A stretch of 64,000 nt of DNA from the human T2T-CHM13v2.0 reference genome, Homo sapiens, in the NCBI RefSeq assembly GCF_009914755.1, contig NC_060937.1. One strand, 5' to 3'. This document shows positions 49,544 to 64,000 of this stretch, one piece after another. The notes under the pieces were generated by a model. It saw only the letters and a list, made by a program, of their open reading frames with translations. It had not been told where the DNA came from and did no database searches. Position 1 is the stretch's first letter. Each line of letters starts with the position of its first letter. The position numbers and the translations under genes were made by a program.

Positions 49544-49826
49544 TTTTTTTTTTTTAAGAGATGGAGTCTCACTCTGTCACTCAGGCTGGACTGCTGTGGT
49601 GTAATCACAGCTCACTGCTGCCTCAAACTCCTGGGCTCAAGAGATCTTCTCTTCTCAGCCTCCTGAGTAGCTAGTACTACAGGTCTGTGCCTCCACACCT
49701 GATTAATTTTTTTATTTTTATAGAGATAAGGTCTTGCTATGTTGCCCATGCTGGTCTCAAACTGCTGGCCTTAAGCAATCCTCCCAAAGCCCTGAGCTTA
49801 CAGTCATGAGCCACCATGGCTGGCCT
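49544..49826 (-). mobile_element. Alu (J-type)
   Basis: Antisense dimer. Confidence 0.88.
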
Positions 49827-50015
49827 GTAATTTCTTCATGTTATAAATGACATCTTTAAAATTATATTTTCCAACTCTTTATGTCTGAACTAAAGAACGT
49901 TCAACAATGGAATCACCTTGCTGACTCTCACATTAATTCTAATAATGTTTGTAAATGATCTTGGCTTTTCCTATGCAAACAATCATATAATCTGTGAATG
50001 ACTGCATAGAAGGAT

Positions 50016-50430
50016 GTGCAGTAGGCTGAATAATGGCCCTCCCAAATATGTCCACATGCTAATCCTCAAAATCTATGAATATGTTACCTTAGGCAACAAA
50101 ACAGTATTGGTAGATGTGACAAAATTAAGGACTTGGAGATGTGGAGATTTTCCTGGATTATCCAGGTGGGCCTAATGTAATTGAAAGGGTCCTTATAAGA
50201 GGGAGGAAAAAGGGTCAGAGTCAGAGAAGGCAATGTGACAACGGAAGCAGAGGCTGGAATGATGTGCTTTGAAGATGGAAGCAGAGGCCACAAGCTAAGG
50301 AGGAAACATTCTCCCCTACCGCCTCAGAAGGAACAAAGCCCTGCAGACACCTTGCTTTTAGCACCGTAAGACTAGTTTAGGACTTCTGACCTCCAGAACT
50401 ATAAGATAATAAATTTGTGTTTAAGCCAAA
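50016..50430 (+). mobile_element. MLT1-type MaLR LTR
   Basis: GGCTGAATAATGGCCC...GGATTATCCAGGTGGGCC...CTTCTGACCTCCAGAACT. Confidence 0.85.
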
Positions 50431-51315
50431 AAGAGTTCAACTTTAAAAACCCCATAATTAGTATAATTCTGTTTCAGAATATCTTAAATACAAAACTTAA
50501 CGTAAGAGAATGGATAAAATGACTTATGAAAGATTGACTCGAAATGCACTAAATCATATAACTAAGCAAAGCCAGGTAGACGGTTGACAGCTCTCTGACT
50601 TCCCCTACTTCCCAGGAATCCTCGAAAGCAAGATCAGTTAGAGAAAAATGACAGACAGCAGTCAATGGACACCTCTTTCAGCCCCTGTATTCTAATTATT
50701 TCTTACCTCATCCCTTTCTTACATTTTGTATGGACTTGGGTAACTCCTGGCCTAAAAATACTCTAGTTTTAGTACTCCTATTCTGGGAAGTGTGTTATAA
50801 ATTATTTGCCTACAAATAGTTTATTGGCTACAACAGCACAGCAGCACTTGAAACAGAAATGGGGCTAAGATATACTTTAAAAGTCAAATTCATATTCCTA
50901 GCATTATAAATGCATACTCTAAAAGGCTAAAATGCTATACTCCATCTTCAAAAATAACTTAGAGACTAAGAAAATGTTTGCGGTGCTATCTCTGCAAATT
51001 TTCCTAACTTCTTTATCCAACACTTTAAAATACCGTGTTCCTGGCTTCGAATAACTGTCGCCTAATCAAAGCCCAACAATCCTTGATCTGCATTCTTCGG
51101 GCTAGTGCAGGGTGGGGAAGAGGAGCTTTCATTACAATGGCAACGGCTACCGGCTCAGGTGCAAAAGAGAAGGAGCAATGCAAGAGGGACGGCTGAAGGT
51201 CACCGGCTCGCGGACACAGGACTAGGGGAGACCTGGGGAAGGCTCAGGGTGGCACGGCCTCGCGGCCGTGGGAGGCAGGCTGGCGGAGGACAGGGCGGGG
51301 CGGCCGCTCACCCAC

Positions 51316-51327
51316 CTGGTTGGTGAC
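51316..51327 (-). CDS. COMMD6: COMMD6 12-nt micro-exon 2 (VTNQ)
   Basis: TTTCAG|GTCACCAACCAG|GTGGGT on the minus strand, after an 88-nt intron; phase 0. Confidence 0.93.
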
Positions 51328-51415
51328 CTGAAACGGAAGCAGAAACACAATTTAGAGAAACATCTTTCTTGCTCCAGAGCCTCGCTGCCCACTCTCCTTC
51401 CAGGTTGGAACTCAC

Positions 51416-51457
51416 ATCGGACTTAGCATCCAGCGGCGGCTCGCTGGACGCCTCCAT
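51416..51457 (-). CDS. COMMD6: COMMD6 coding exon 1 (MEASSEPPLDAKSD)
   Basis: ATG at 51457 in CCCATGG context, 14 codons, donor GAT|GTGAGT. The peptide is recognised as the COMMD6 N-terminus. Confidence 0.96.
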
Positions 51458-52887
51458 GGGCAGCGTCTGGGACTTGCGGCCCGGACTCGAGAGAACGCCC
51501 CCAGACCAGCGCTTCCGCTTCCACGTCCTGCCCCTAGCGGCCTGGCGCATGGGGCGGACGTAGCAGGGGAAGCTGAAAAAAGCATCTTTATGTGACTCAT
51601 ATTTTTTCTTAATTCAATATATATCTTAGGAGACATTGAGCTAAAAGAAAATTATTTTATGGAAAAAGGCCAAAGATTTGGGAGATACTTTGAGAAGAGA
51701 AGCGCTAATTAAATTTAGGATGCCGCTTCCCCCATCTAACAGTGACACGTGGGCTCTTCCAGACTGGAGCGGGGCGGGGCACAGCATCCCGCTGCGCGGC
51801 TCCTCAATCCCAACCAAATTCGGAAGGTGCTGGGCGACCGCACCCCCGGCACATGGGAGTTTGTCCTGCAAGGGAAGGCTGTGGGAACCACAGTTATAGG
51901 ATGAGCTGCTTCGCTGGCCTAGCTGTGGGCGGGGCATGCTTTCCATTATCCCTGCTGTTCCTCTTGAATCCCAGCCCTCAGTCTGGCTGCGGAATACCTT
52001 CCCATCTTGTCTTCCCACCTCTTTCCTATTGACCTCAAATCCATCCTACAGGAAGTATCCACAGTGATGTTTTTTCCCCGCCAACTTTGTATTTTGAAAA
52101 ATTTATTTTTTTCAGAAAAATTGCAAAAAATAATTCAATGAACACCTGTATACCCTTCATCTAGATTCACCAACTGTTCGCATTGTACATATTTGCTTTA
52201 TCTCGGCTTGTATTAAGGATGATACTTCACTCCTAAATGCTTGAGCATGTTGTCTCCTAAGAACTAGGGCATTCTTCTAAATAACCACAATTCAACTATC
52301 ACATTCAGGAAATTTAATATTGATAAAATACTATTCTCTAATAAATAAGTCAAATTAAAATTTCCCCACTTGTTTAAACAATATTCTTTAAAGTTATTCC
52401 CTACCCCATCCACAACTAGAATCTAATCAAGGGCCGCCTTGAATTTGGTGATCATGTCTCTTTAGTCTCCTCTAATCTAGAACTGCACCGGTAAACGGTC
52501 AGCAGGACTGTGTTCCTCAATGAAGGTTCCGGGGTGGTGGGGTTTGGGTGGGGGACAGGGGTGGGATCTGCTTTCAGCCTCAATTCAGGTTGTTGGCAGA
52601 GCTCAGTTCTGTGCAGTTTCCTTGCTGGCTTTTAGATGGGGACTCCCAGCTCCTAGAGGCCATCTGCATTCCTTGGCTTGTGGCTCCTTCCTCCACCTTC
52701 AAAGCCAGGAAGGGCAGGTCAAGTCCTCCTCACACTTTAAATCTCTCTGATCTCCCTTTCTGTATGATCTCTCCTGTTCCTGTTCCTTCTTTTGCCACAT
52801 CTCTCTGACTCTAGCCTGAAAAAATTCTCTGTTTCTAGGGGCCTAAAAAATTATTAGATCAAATATAACCAAACAATTAAGAATAAC

Positions 52888-53204
52888 TTTTTTTTTTTTT
52901 GAGACAGAGTCTCAAAAAAAGACACTCACTCTGTCACCCAGACTGGAGTGCAGTGGTGCAATCTAAGCTCATTGCAACCTCTGCCTCCCAGGTTCAAACA
53001 ATTCTCCTGCCTCAGCCTTTTTGAGTAGCTGAGATTGCAGACATGCATCACCATGCCTGGCTAATTTTCATATTTTTAGTAGAGATGGGGTCTCTCCATA
53101 TTGGGCAGGTTGATCTGGAACTCCTGTCCTCACATAATCCACCCACCTCGGGCCTTGGCCTCCCAAAGTGCTGGGATTACAGACGTGAGCCACTGTGCCT
53201 GGCC
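52888..53204 (-). mobile_element. Alu
   Basis: Antisense dimer with a small foldback insertion near the tail. Confidence 0.9.
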
Positions 53205-53565
53205 TCTTTCTATCTTAAGGTACATAAATTTTAATTATATTTGTAAAGTCCCTTCAGATCAGTACCTAAATTAGTGTTTCAATGAGTAATCAGGATGGAA
53301 ATCTTTGGAGGAGGGCATTTTTAGAATAATGCTTACCTTAAATACCCTCATAGGGTTGTTGGAGAATTACATTAGTTAATGCATGTTAAGCACCTAAAAA
53401 TGTCCCTGGCATGTAGCACTCGGAAACTAGGCCAAAAAACCAAAAAACAAACAAAAAAAACCCCCACTGACTCAAGGTTATTGGACGTGATTAAATGTAC
53501 TAATTAGCTTGGGAGGATAGTCCCTGAATGAATCAGACGATTTCTTCTCTAAGGAAGTCAGATGA

Positions 53566-54048
<483 letters not shown>

Positions 54049-54623
54049 TAAAAATGCTTCAAAAAGGTGAAAAGATGTGTATTTTAAAAGGTATTTTTTG
54101 TTATTTCTTTGTATTTTTCATGCATTTCTTTAAAAACTGTTTATTATTGTTCTAATTCAACATGAGTGCACTTCAAAAACCTATCGATCTGATTTGGGGA
54201 GAGTAAAATGTCATTAGAGTTTAGGGCAATCTCTGCCAATTGTTACTCCAGCAACAAGTGATAAACTGTTTATGTTTCAGACCTCCATCTTACAAGAGAT
54301 CACTTACACAAACTTCGCAGTTGGAAAATACAGATGTTATCAATAGAGTCAAAAAATGCTAATATTAAAAATGCATGAGTATAATTTTGTTTTATTTTTA
54401 CATAATGACATATAAGTAGAACATATGTCAGAAAATATTTTTGGAGCTCTTACAGTAAGCCTAGTACTATCACATGCATAGGAAGAAATCCATAGAACTA
54501 TGGCATAAACTCTGATCTCATGAGCATTATGGTGTAATGTAAAAAACGAAATTGGTACTCATGAAGCAGGCAATGCTTCAATTTAAGTATTTATTTTAAG
54601 ACTTTTTTGTGCCAAGAGATATG

Positions 54624-54868
54624 CAGTTGTCCCTCAGTGTACTTAGGAGATTGGTTCCAGGACCAATTAAGGGAGATGACAATGTACCAAAATCTGCATA
54701 TACTCAAGTCCTACATACAGTCTGTCCTGCTGAACTTGAGTATAGGAAAATTCTGCCTCCCTATTTGTCGGTTTAGCATCCTGGGAGTATAGCAGCTTTG
54801 ATCTGTGGTTGGTTTTAAAAAAAATCTCACCAGCACAGTTCAAACCCATGTTGTTCAAGGGTCAACTG
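54624..54868. mobile_element. Tigger-family MITE (MER8-like)
   Basis: Terminal inverted repeats CAGTTGTCCCT / AGGGTCAACTG. Confidence 0.8.
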
Positions 54869-55459
54869 AAATTCTAACTTGAGCTAGCCTAAGCAAAGTA
54901 GCAGAAATTATTGTCTCACAGAGGCAGCCTTTGAAATGTAGTGGTAGCAGCTTCAGGGTCAACAGAATTGTGAGATGTGAATAGCAAAAGTGCCCCATCT
55001 CCACTTCTCAGTTGTGGTATGGCCTTCTGCTTGACTGCTGGCTTCGGTCTCTTCAGCTTCTCCATACATTGTTGGAGAGTAGTGTGTATATATAGACATA
55101 TGACCACCAACATCTCTGGGTTCACAGCCTTATGACTCATGATCCAAGGAGAAAGAGGAAGCTGCCCGTTCATCTCAATTCTCAGAGAAGGACTCTAGTT
55201 GATCTGCTTGGACCAATACGGGTCTGGAGTGATGTGTTACTATTTTTGCCCATGTTGCCTGCTGTGTTCATAAGGCGTAGAGTTGTGTGATTGGTAGAGT
55301 CACTGGAAGTAAAAGGGGTGAAAAGCCATGCTCTAGAGAAGATGGAGGTGAGAATGAGGCAACAAAGCTTGGGTGCAAATATACTAGGGAAACAAAATAA
55401 ATGTGCACTCAACATATTTACTATACTGTATTACAATACACTATCCTGTGTAGTCAATG

Positions 55460-57200
<1,741 letters not shown>

Positions 57201-58099
57201 TTTGACAGAGTAGAGCATAACAATGAGTGCTGCGATCTTGACAGTCACCTAGGCCTGAATCTAAAGCCCTCTTCTACCACTCAGCTGTGTGATATCATTC
57301 AAGTTGGCTTTTCTGAGCATCAGCTTTCTTAGCTGTAAAAATAGAGCTATCAATATTTGTCCCACAAGGTTTTTATTAAGGGATAAATGAGATCTTGTAT
57401 GTAAAGCATGTAACAAAGGTTCTGAACATAGTAAGTGCTGATAAATCCTAGATGCTATTGTCATCAGCACGATATTCAATACTCCAAAGAAGCCTATAGG
57501 TTATGTAGATCATACATTATCTCTATTTTAAAGGTGAGAAAACTGAAGTTCAGGAATGGTAAGCAACAGCACCTAGCTAATAAGTAAAACTTAAAGCAGT
57601 CTGGTATTAATTTACAATTTGCAATCTAATTTCAGAGAGCTCTGGAGAGATTCCTGACTCCCAGTGTATCTGCTGAAATGCTCCTCAGCTACTTTCTGCT
57701 AATTGACTGTTTTATTTGTACTCCAGGTTATTCAAGAAGATGAGTGATTCTGTGTGTGTTGTGGTGGTGGTGGGTGGGGGGGAGGTGGGGTAATCATCAA
57801 GCAGCATCAGTAAGATGCAGAACCGGGAATAAGCATGATCACTAATCCTATAATCATGGAAGTTTTAGAGTTTAAAGTGGGACTTAAAATTTTTAGCCTT
57901 TAGGCCAAATTTGGCCTACTCACATGATTGAAAAACAAAACAAAACAAAAAACAATCTATATCAGAAACTCCGAATGAGAATGCACTTAGAAAAGTTTTA
58001 TGCCTTCCAGTTGTCACAGTCCTTACATCACTCTTTCATTTCTCCTGTCTACTTCACACATTTGAAAACTTCAAGACATAGTTTTCAACCTTCGGCTTA

Positions 58100-58612
<513 letters not shown>

Positions 58613-59117
58613 AAGACTTAAGTAGGTAAAGTGCCTGGTTTAGAGAAACACAGCTAGATAGTCATGATTTCTGATCAAGTGTGGAGAATGAGTTCATTCT
58701 GAGGACAAGGCCTAATTACGTAAGGCATTGGTATGTTTTCAAGCACTGCCAAAAGGCCACGTTTAGGAATGATAGTTTGGCAATACAACATACATTCAAG
58801 GCAGATGATGGGTACAAACCCATGCAGCAGGAAGGAAGCTGGACATACTGCTATTAAGATAAGTAATATAAGATGGTGAGTAGTCAAAGTGAAGTGCCAT
58901 GAATGAGTTACAGGTATACAGAGAGACTGACCCCGCCCAACCCCACAGCCCTAGGGGCAGTTAGGTGGGGCCTGAACGTGAAAGATTCCCTGGGCTGGTT
59001 ACAACTGTGATGACAAACTTAAGTCAGGTGTTGTACAAATAGCAAATTTCATCAATTCTTAGACATGTATTTTTTCACATTTACATCAGGAATTATAGTG
59101 ACCATTACATCAGATGG

Positions 59118-59432
59118 TTTCTTTTTCTTTTTCTCTTTTTTTTTTTGAGATGGAGTCTTGCTCTGTCACCCAGGCTGGAGTGCCGTGGCGGTGGCGCTAT
59201 CTCTGCTCACTGCGAGCTCCGCCTCCTGGGTTCACACCATTCTCCTGCCTCAGGCTCCCGAGTAATGGGACTACAGACGCCCGCCACCACGCCTGGTTAA
59301 TTTTCTGTATTTTTAGTAGAGACCGGGTTTCACCATGTTAGCCAGGATGGTCTAGATCTCCTGACCTCATGATCTGCCCGCCTCGGCCTCCCTGAATGTT
59401 GGGATTACAGGTGTCAGCCACCGAGCCCAGCC
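59118..59432 (-). mobile_element. AluY/Sc-like
   Basis: TSD TCAGATGG. Confidence 0.9.
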
Positions 59433-59584
59433 TCAGATGGCTTCTTAAAGTGATAGTTAATCAGGGTAGTAGTCGTGACTCAGTTGTTTTTGCAGGTGCA
59501 TGCATGAACTTCTTCATAGCTCTTCTACACTTCTATAGAGTTATGAATATTGTTTGCTCTATATTTACTATGGTTAATTGCCAT

Positions 59585-59815
59585 TTATAGCACAATAGGG
59601 TGACTATAGTCAATAATAATTGTACATTTTAAAAATAACTTAAGGAGTATAATTGGAGTGTTTGTAACTCAAAGGATAAATGCTTGAGGGGATGGATACC
59701 CCATTCTCCATGATGTACTTATTTCACTCTGTATGCCTATACCAAAGCATTTCATGTACCCATTTCAATATATATACCTACCAAGTATCCCCAAAAATTG
59801 AAAAATAAAATTTTA
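59585..59815 (+). mobile_element. L1MA-like 3' end
   Basis: AGGATAAATGCTTGAGGGGATGGATACCCCATTCTCCATGATG. Confidence 0.85.
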
Positions 59816-60509
59816 AAACATTGACATTTAAAATGTCTTTTAAAAGGCTATGCTGTAATTTGGCAAAACAAAAAGTTACTGGGTATGGAAATAAGCATGA
59901 ACAGAACAACAGGTTGCAAACTTGCACTGGTGAGGCAAATATGGACTATTGGAGGAATAGCCACAATTCCATGTATTCTTGCAAAGTAACCAAATAATTT
60001 ACAATTCCTAAAAAAGGTGGATAGCTTTGAGTAGATAAGTTACTCAAGTTGCTTATTTCAGTTTAAGGTTGGAGAAATCACCAAATCCCTCAGAATATAA
60101 GAAAAAAATGTATTAGGATGAGAGAACAGTTTTTTGAGTCACAAGTACTCTTGTTAAGGCATCAAACATTAATTTGTCAAAAACTTCCTGCTTGTCTTTG
60201 AATAGAAGCTATTAAATTTCCAAAGATGTATGATTCAGCAGTTGCTGCAAAATTAACTATATGCTTAGTCAAGTAGGAAATAGCGATAAACCTTTATATC
60301 CTTTGACAACCATCAAAATTATACTGTCAATGCTAAAGATACTAAAAGTGCATGGATTTATGTAAATAAGTGGCATGACACTATGACACTGTGCATAGGC
60401 ATGCCACTATATTTAATTGAAAACTGTAAAATATTTAAGAAAATCTTCTCCTGTGATGATATTGTGCATACTCACAAGAAGGGGATGTACAATGTTTTAG
60501 TTGATGATC

Positions 60510-61108
60510 TATAAAGTTGCCGTGAACACTGAATTAGCAAATACTAAATCGTTGCTTCTAGGGGAAATACAGGTTAGGTTCCTGTGAGCCTGTGGTCACA
60601 ATATTTTCATTAGCTAATCAATACATAACCTTGTTTTATGTGTATTTCTGTTTAAAAACACCTTATGTAATATATATTGTTGATTCATTAGCATTGAACT
60701 ACAGCCAACAGCACTGTAAGTGAAAACCTGAACAAACCTTATCTAATATGTGTATTTTCTCTGTAAGGCACATGAAAGCCTCCTTGGGCTTGGGATTACT
60801 AAATAGCAGTTGAGCACGATGCTTGGGGGCCATTTTAAACATTGAATTCACTGACAAAAATCTCAAAAATGGGAAAATGAGCATTAAATAGACCATCAAG
60901 AGGACTCTCGTTTCCAGTATAAGAGCTGCAAGAAGAAGGCAGAGTATCACCTTGCTCAACCTTGGCTGGGAACTACAATTTTTTGTCATCCTGTGAATAT
61001 TTGTGAGTGACCACGACAACTTTGTGAGTATAGATTTGGGAATTACCAATAAATTTTAGCAAGTAGGCAGGTTCAAAATGCAAAACCCATAAATAATGAG
61101 GATGGACA
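60510..61108 (-). mobile_element. Tigger-family fossil (MER82-like)
   Basis: GAACACTGAATTAGCAAATACT...AATAAATTTTAGCAAGTAGG...ATAATGAGGAT. Confidence 0.65.
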
Positions 61109-61399
61109 GAACTTTGTAAAACTTCAAAGTCATATGGCAAAGGATGTGGGTAAAGGGAAGATTAAAAAATTAGAACCAGTGATGCCCAATCTTGGGCTCC
61201 GTCTCAGACTTATTGAATCAAAATCTGCATTTCATATTCCCCAGGTGTTTTTATGCACCTCTGAGACATGCTGCCCTCAATACCATGATAGGTACATCCA
61301 TACCAGACGGTGTAGGTTAAACTGTATAAACCATATAAACCAGACGGTGGAAGTTAAAATGTACAGTTTAACTCTACAAATTAGAGTCCTACATTTGTA

Positions 61400-61960
61400 A
61401 GGGTTTTATGGGTCTAAAGGTCTGGGGTGTGCTAGGACAACCTCTGTAAGGTGAAAGACAAGTTATTGCATCTTGCAATTCCTATTCACAGCAAAATGGC
61501 AGAGAACCTACTGGGCCTCTTTGGCTTTTGGAGATAGAATATACACTTGGGAATACAGCTTCAACACATTTATTGGGTGGTATGGAAAGCTACCAATTTG
61601 AGTGGATCCCTAGCAAGACAGTGCTCTGCAGCAAGTCCCTGCTGGGATGCAAACTGTCTTGCTGTCCGGCCTTGTGTCTCAGCAGATCCAATGCTGCTAG
61701 TGTCCCTGGAAGATAAAGATGCTGTGTGAAGTCTTAAGCAACCCTAACAGGTGAATCACAGTGCAGAACCTCAGGGATCTGGAACAAGGCAATTCCTTTG
61801 ACAGTAAGTAATTTGAAAAGCAGCCCCTGGCATGCACTGAGTCCAGCAGAGACTAAGAGTCTGGCAATGTAACTCTAGTGATAATGCAACTAAGCCCATC
61901 ACGAGCTGGACACTGCCAGTTTTACCAAGCCAAAGTGTTAGGTGAGTATAGCAGCAATCC
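61400..61960 (+). mobile_element. Decayed ERVL pol (RT/RNase H region) relic
   Basis: Fragmentary translations KDKLLHLA, LLGLFGFWR, DPMLLVSLEDKDAV and FEKQPLAC, broken by stops and frameshifts. Confidence 0.7.
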
Positions 61961-63481
61961 ATTAGATAACGATGAAGAGGAGTTAAGGTAATGAAATACC
62001 TCTGAAGTCAAAGAACAGTGGCCAGAAGAACGTGGGTGGGAGAGTTGGAAGTTTCCCAAGAAATATAAGCTCAGCATAATATTATCTTTTTCTGACTCCC
62101 TAACTGCTCTCTACCTGAATTTCCTCTATTAGGTGCAGAATAGTAATATGCACTCTTCCCCAGGTCAAATTTATGGAGTTATCATTGATAACTTCTGCTC
62201 ATCAAAGGCATCATCCCTTAAAACAGAATCTCTTTAATCTGTGCCTTTCTCCGTGGCTACTGTTTTAATTTTTTCAGCATTTATTTCTCACACGTTTTTC
62301 ACATTATTGACAAGTGATGTTTCTGCATATCTGATCATCCCATTTATTCTTCAGATGTTTACCGAGCATTTTCTATGTATCATGCACTGGGTTAGGCCCT
62401 GGATAAATAATGTGAAGAAGAAAAAAAAGACACTGCTACTGGGCTCCTGGAATTTGCAGTTTGGTGAAAAAGATACATGACAAATCCTGCTTAAGATCCT
62501 TCAGTGGTTCCTTGCTGTTTTCAGGAAGCCCAGATGTCTTGACCGGGTTGCCTCTGTTTACCTCTACAGCATCACCTCTAATCAGCACCCTTTACTCTGC
62601 AGCCACAGTGCGTTTTCCCTTCTTCACAGCACCTTCCTCTCTGCCTAGGTAAAGTCTACCATCTTTTAAGGGTTCAGTCCAGGAATCCACTTTTTCAGGA
62701 AGACTTCTGGACACTCTCTTCCCCCTTCCTCCGTAATTCCAGCACACTTCATGCCATCACTATCATATAGGTACCACGCTTTTTATCCTGATTCTCCGTT
62801 GTCTTGTCCACTGCCTCTACTCCACAGTGAACTCAACTTTGTGTCAATACTTAGTACAGTGATTTCTAGTACTCGACATTTTTTGTCAAATGGAATCGGA
62901 TATATAGAAACACCCGCTGCCTCCCGCAAGAGCAGACAAGGCCAACCCATCACTCCTGCACCCCGACAAAGGAACAACAGTACCGTGCTGCACGGCGTCC
63001 TCCGGCCTTGCTGCCTGGCAATGGGTAGCCACCTGGCGTCTGTCTCAGAATAGGACTCCGCGGCACGCCTCCTAGCGCAGTCGGTTGACACTGCAAGAAT
63101 GGGAAGGTGCGGGTGACCACGCGGTCCCAGACCGGCGCAAGGCGCATGCGTAGAACGCGAGCGCTTGGCAAGGCTCGGCTCGGAAGAGTCCAAGCGTGAG
63201 GGAAGAGGGCTGTGGATTCAGATACTGTTTTTCTCCCGAAATAGGAAATTGGCTTATTTTTTTCTCCTCGGCAGCATCTTAATTTAAAATATGACACTTG
63301 ACCTACGGCCCTGCACGGAGCGGTTAAGAGGGTGAGAGGCCCGTCAAACTCTTTTTGGTGTTTAGGCGCTCCTCCTCCGGGCGGTGTGTTGGGAGGGCCC
63401 AGGTCAAGGCGCGCGTGGGCGGAAGCGGCGGCGGCGGCGAAGGCGGCGGCTGTCAGAGCTGGAGGGCCGGGCACCGCGGCC

Positions 63482-63523
63482 ATGGAGGGTCAACGCTGGC
63501 TGCCGCTGGAGGCCAATCCCGAG
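63482..63523 (+). CDS. UCHL3: UCHL3 coding exon 1 (MEGQRWLPLEANPE), ubiquitin C-terminal hydrolase L3
   Basis: Kozak GCCATGG, the UCH-family WLPLEANPE motif, donor GAG|GTGGGC. Confidence 0.97.
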
Positions 63524-63636
63524 GTGGGCGCGCTTCGGGGCAGCCCTGGGCCGTGGGCAGGTGCAGAGGGAGCCGGCTTGCTGCCGCGAGTCCACGGTGG
63601 TTTGTCTCTAAAGCGTGTTCTCTGTTTCGTTTTCAG

Positions 63637-63648
63637 GTCACCAACCAG
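63637..63648 (+). CDS. UCHL3: UCHL3 12-nt micro-exon 2 (VTNQ); gene continues beyond the window
   Basis: TTTTCAG|GTCACCAACCAG|GTGAGT after a 113-nt intron. Confidence 0.94.
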
Positions 63649-64000
63649 GTGAGTGAGGTGTCTGTCGCTCGGGACTTCGGAGTCTTTTCTGTCTGCTCGG
63701 TCCGCTTCCCTGCTGGACTCCACCTCCACGCTTCCAGGGATTCTGGGATTTAATTTCTTGAGGGCCCCTCTTGTTCGGCTTTACGCGGGTCCGCCCCTTT
63801 CAGAAAGGGCCATCTCGCTGCCACCTGGCTCCTGAAGATTCTCCCACCACTCCTCTGGTCCCATTCTGCAGTCACCACGTATCTTGGGGACTCCGGGTCT
63901 GAGGTTTGGAGGGACTTTTACCCTGTATTCCTATTCCCCTTCCTTCTTCGTTTTGCCTCCTGTTAGTGCCGATTCCATAATTTTCCTACCGGTGTACCTT

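Larger units (their letters stand above)
51180..51960. promoter_or_regulatory. CpG-island promoter of COMMD6
   Basis: CpG-dense. Tandem GGAAGCGGAAG ETS/GABP-like sites (~51512-51522, minus) and GGGGCGG GC boxes (~51551, ~51771). Confidence 0.85.
62900..63900. promoter_or_regulatory. CpG-island promoter of UCHL3, possibly bidirectional
   Basis: CpG-dense. NRF1-like GCGCATGCG (63142-63150), CGGAAG ETS cores (~63181, ~63420), (GCG)n in the 5' UTR. Confidence 0.88.

Noticed and set aside
63425-63450. (GCG)5-AAG-(GCG)2 in the UCHL3 5' UTR as a possible expansion locus
   Set aside because: Short and interrupted; typical of CpG-island UTRs.
62783-63753. Long ORFs over the UCHL3 island, including a GTG-started in-frame extension and an antisense 177-aa ORF
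   Set aside because: Expected in GC-rich islands; there is no upstream in-frame ATG. Only 63482-63523 and 63637-63648 are supported.

Overview
Repeat-rich primate (very likely human) genomic DNA. It contains the complete coding sequence of COMMD6 on the minus strand (4 coding exons, 85 aa) and the 5' end of UCHL3 on the plus strand (exon 1 plus a 12-nt micro-exon). The two genes are arranged divergently, each with its own CpG island about 12 kb apart. The first ~38 kb is intergenic and made of Alu, L1, L2 and MIR elements, MaLR/ERV LTRs (LTR12, MER52-like, THE1, a full-length MST provirus) and DNA-transposon fossils. Almost all ORFs in the supplied track are spurious. Main observations: (1) the first two exons and first intron of COMMD6 look like an inverted duplicate of the first two exons of UCHL3; (2) a ~50-70 bp long-range inverted repeat in COMMD6 intron 2 has mismatches that mostly become G-U pairs on the transcribed strand; (3) a 39-nt in-frame L1-derived cassette exon has a perfect branch point. 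Repeat subfamily names come from recognising consensus motifs by eye, and repeat boundaries are approximate unless a target-site duplication (TSD) is quoted.
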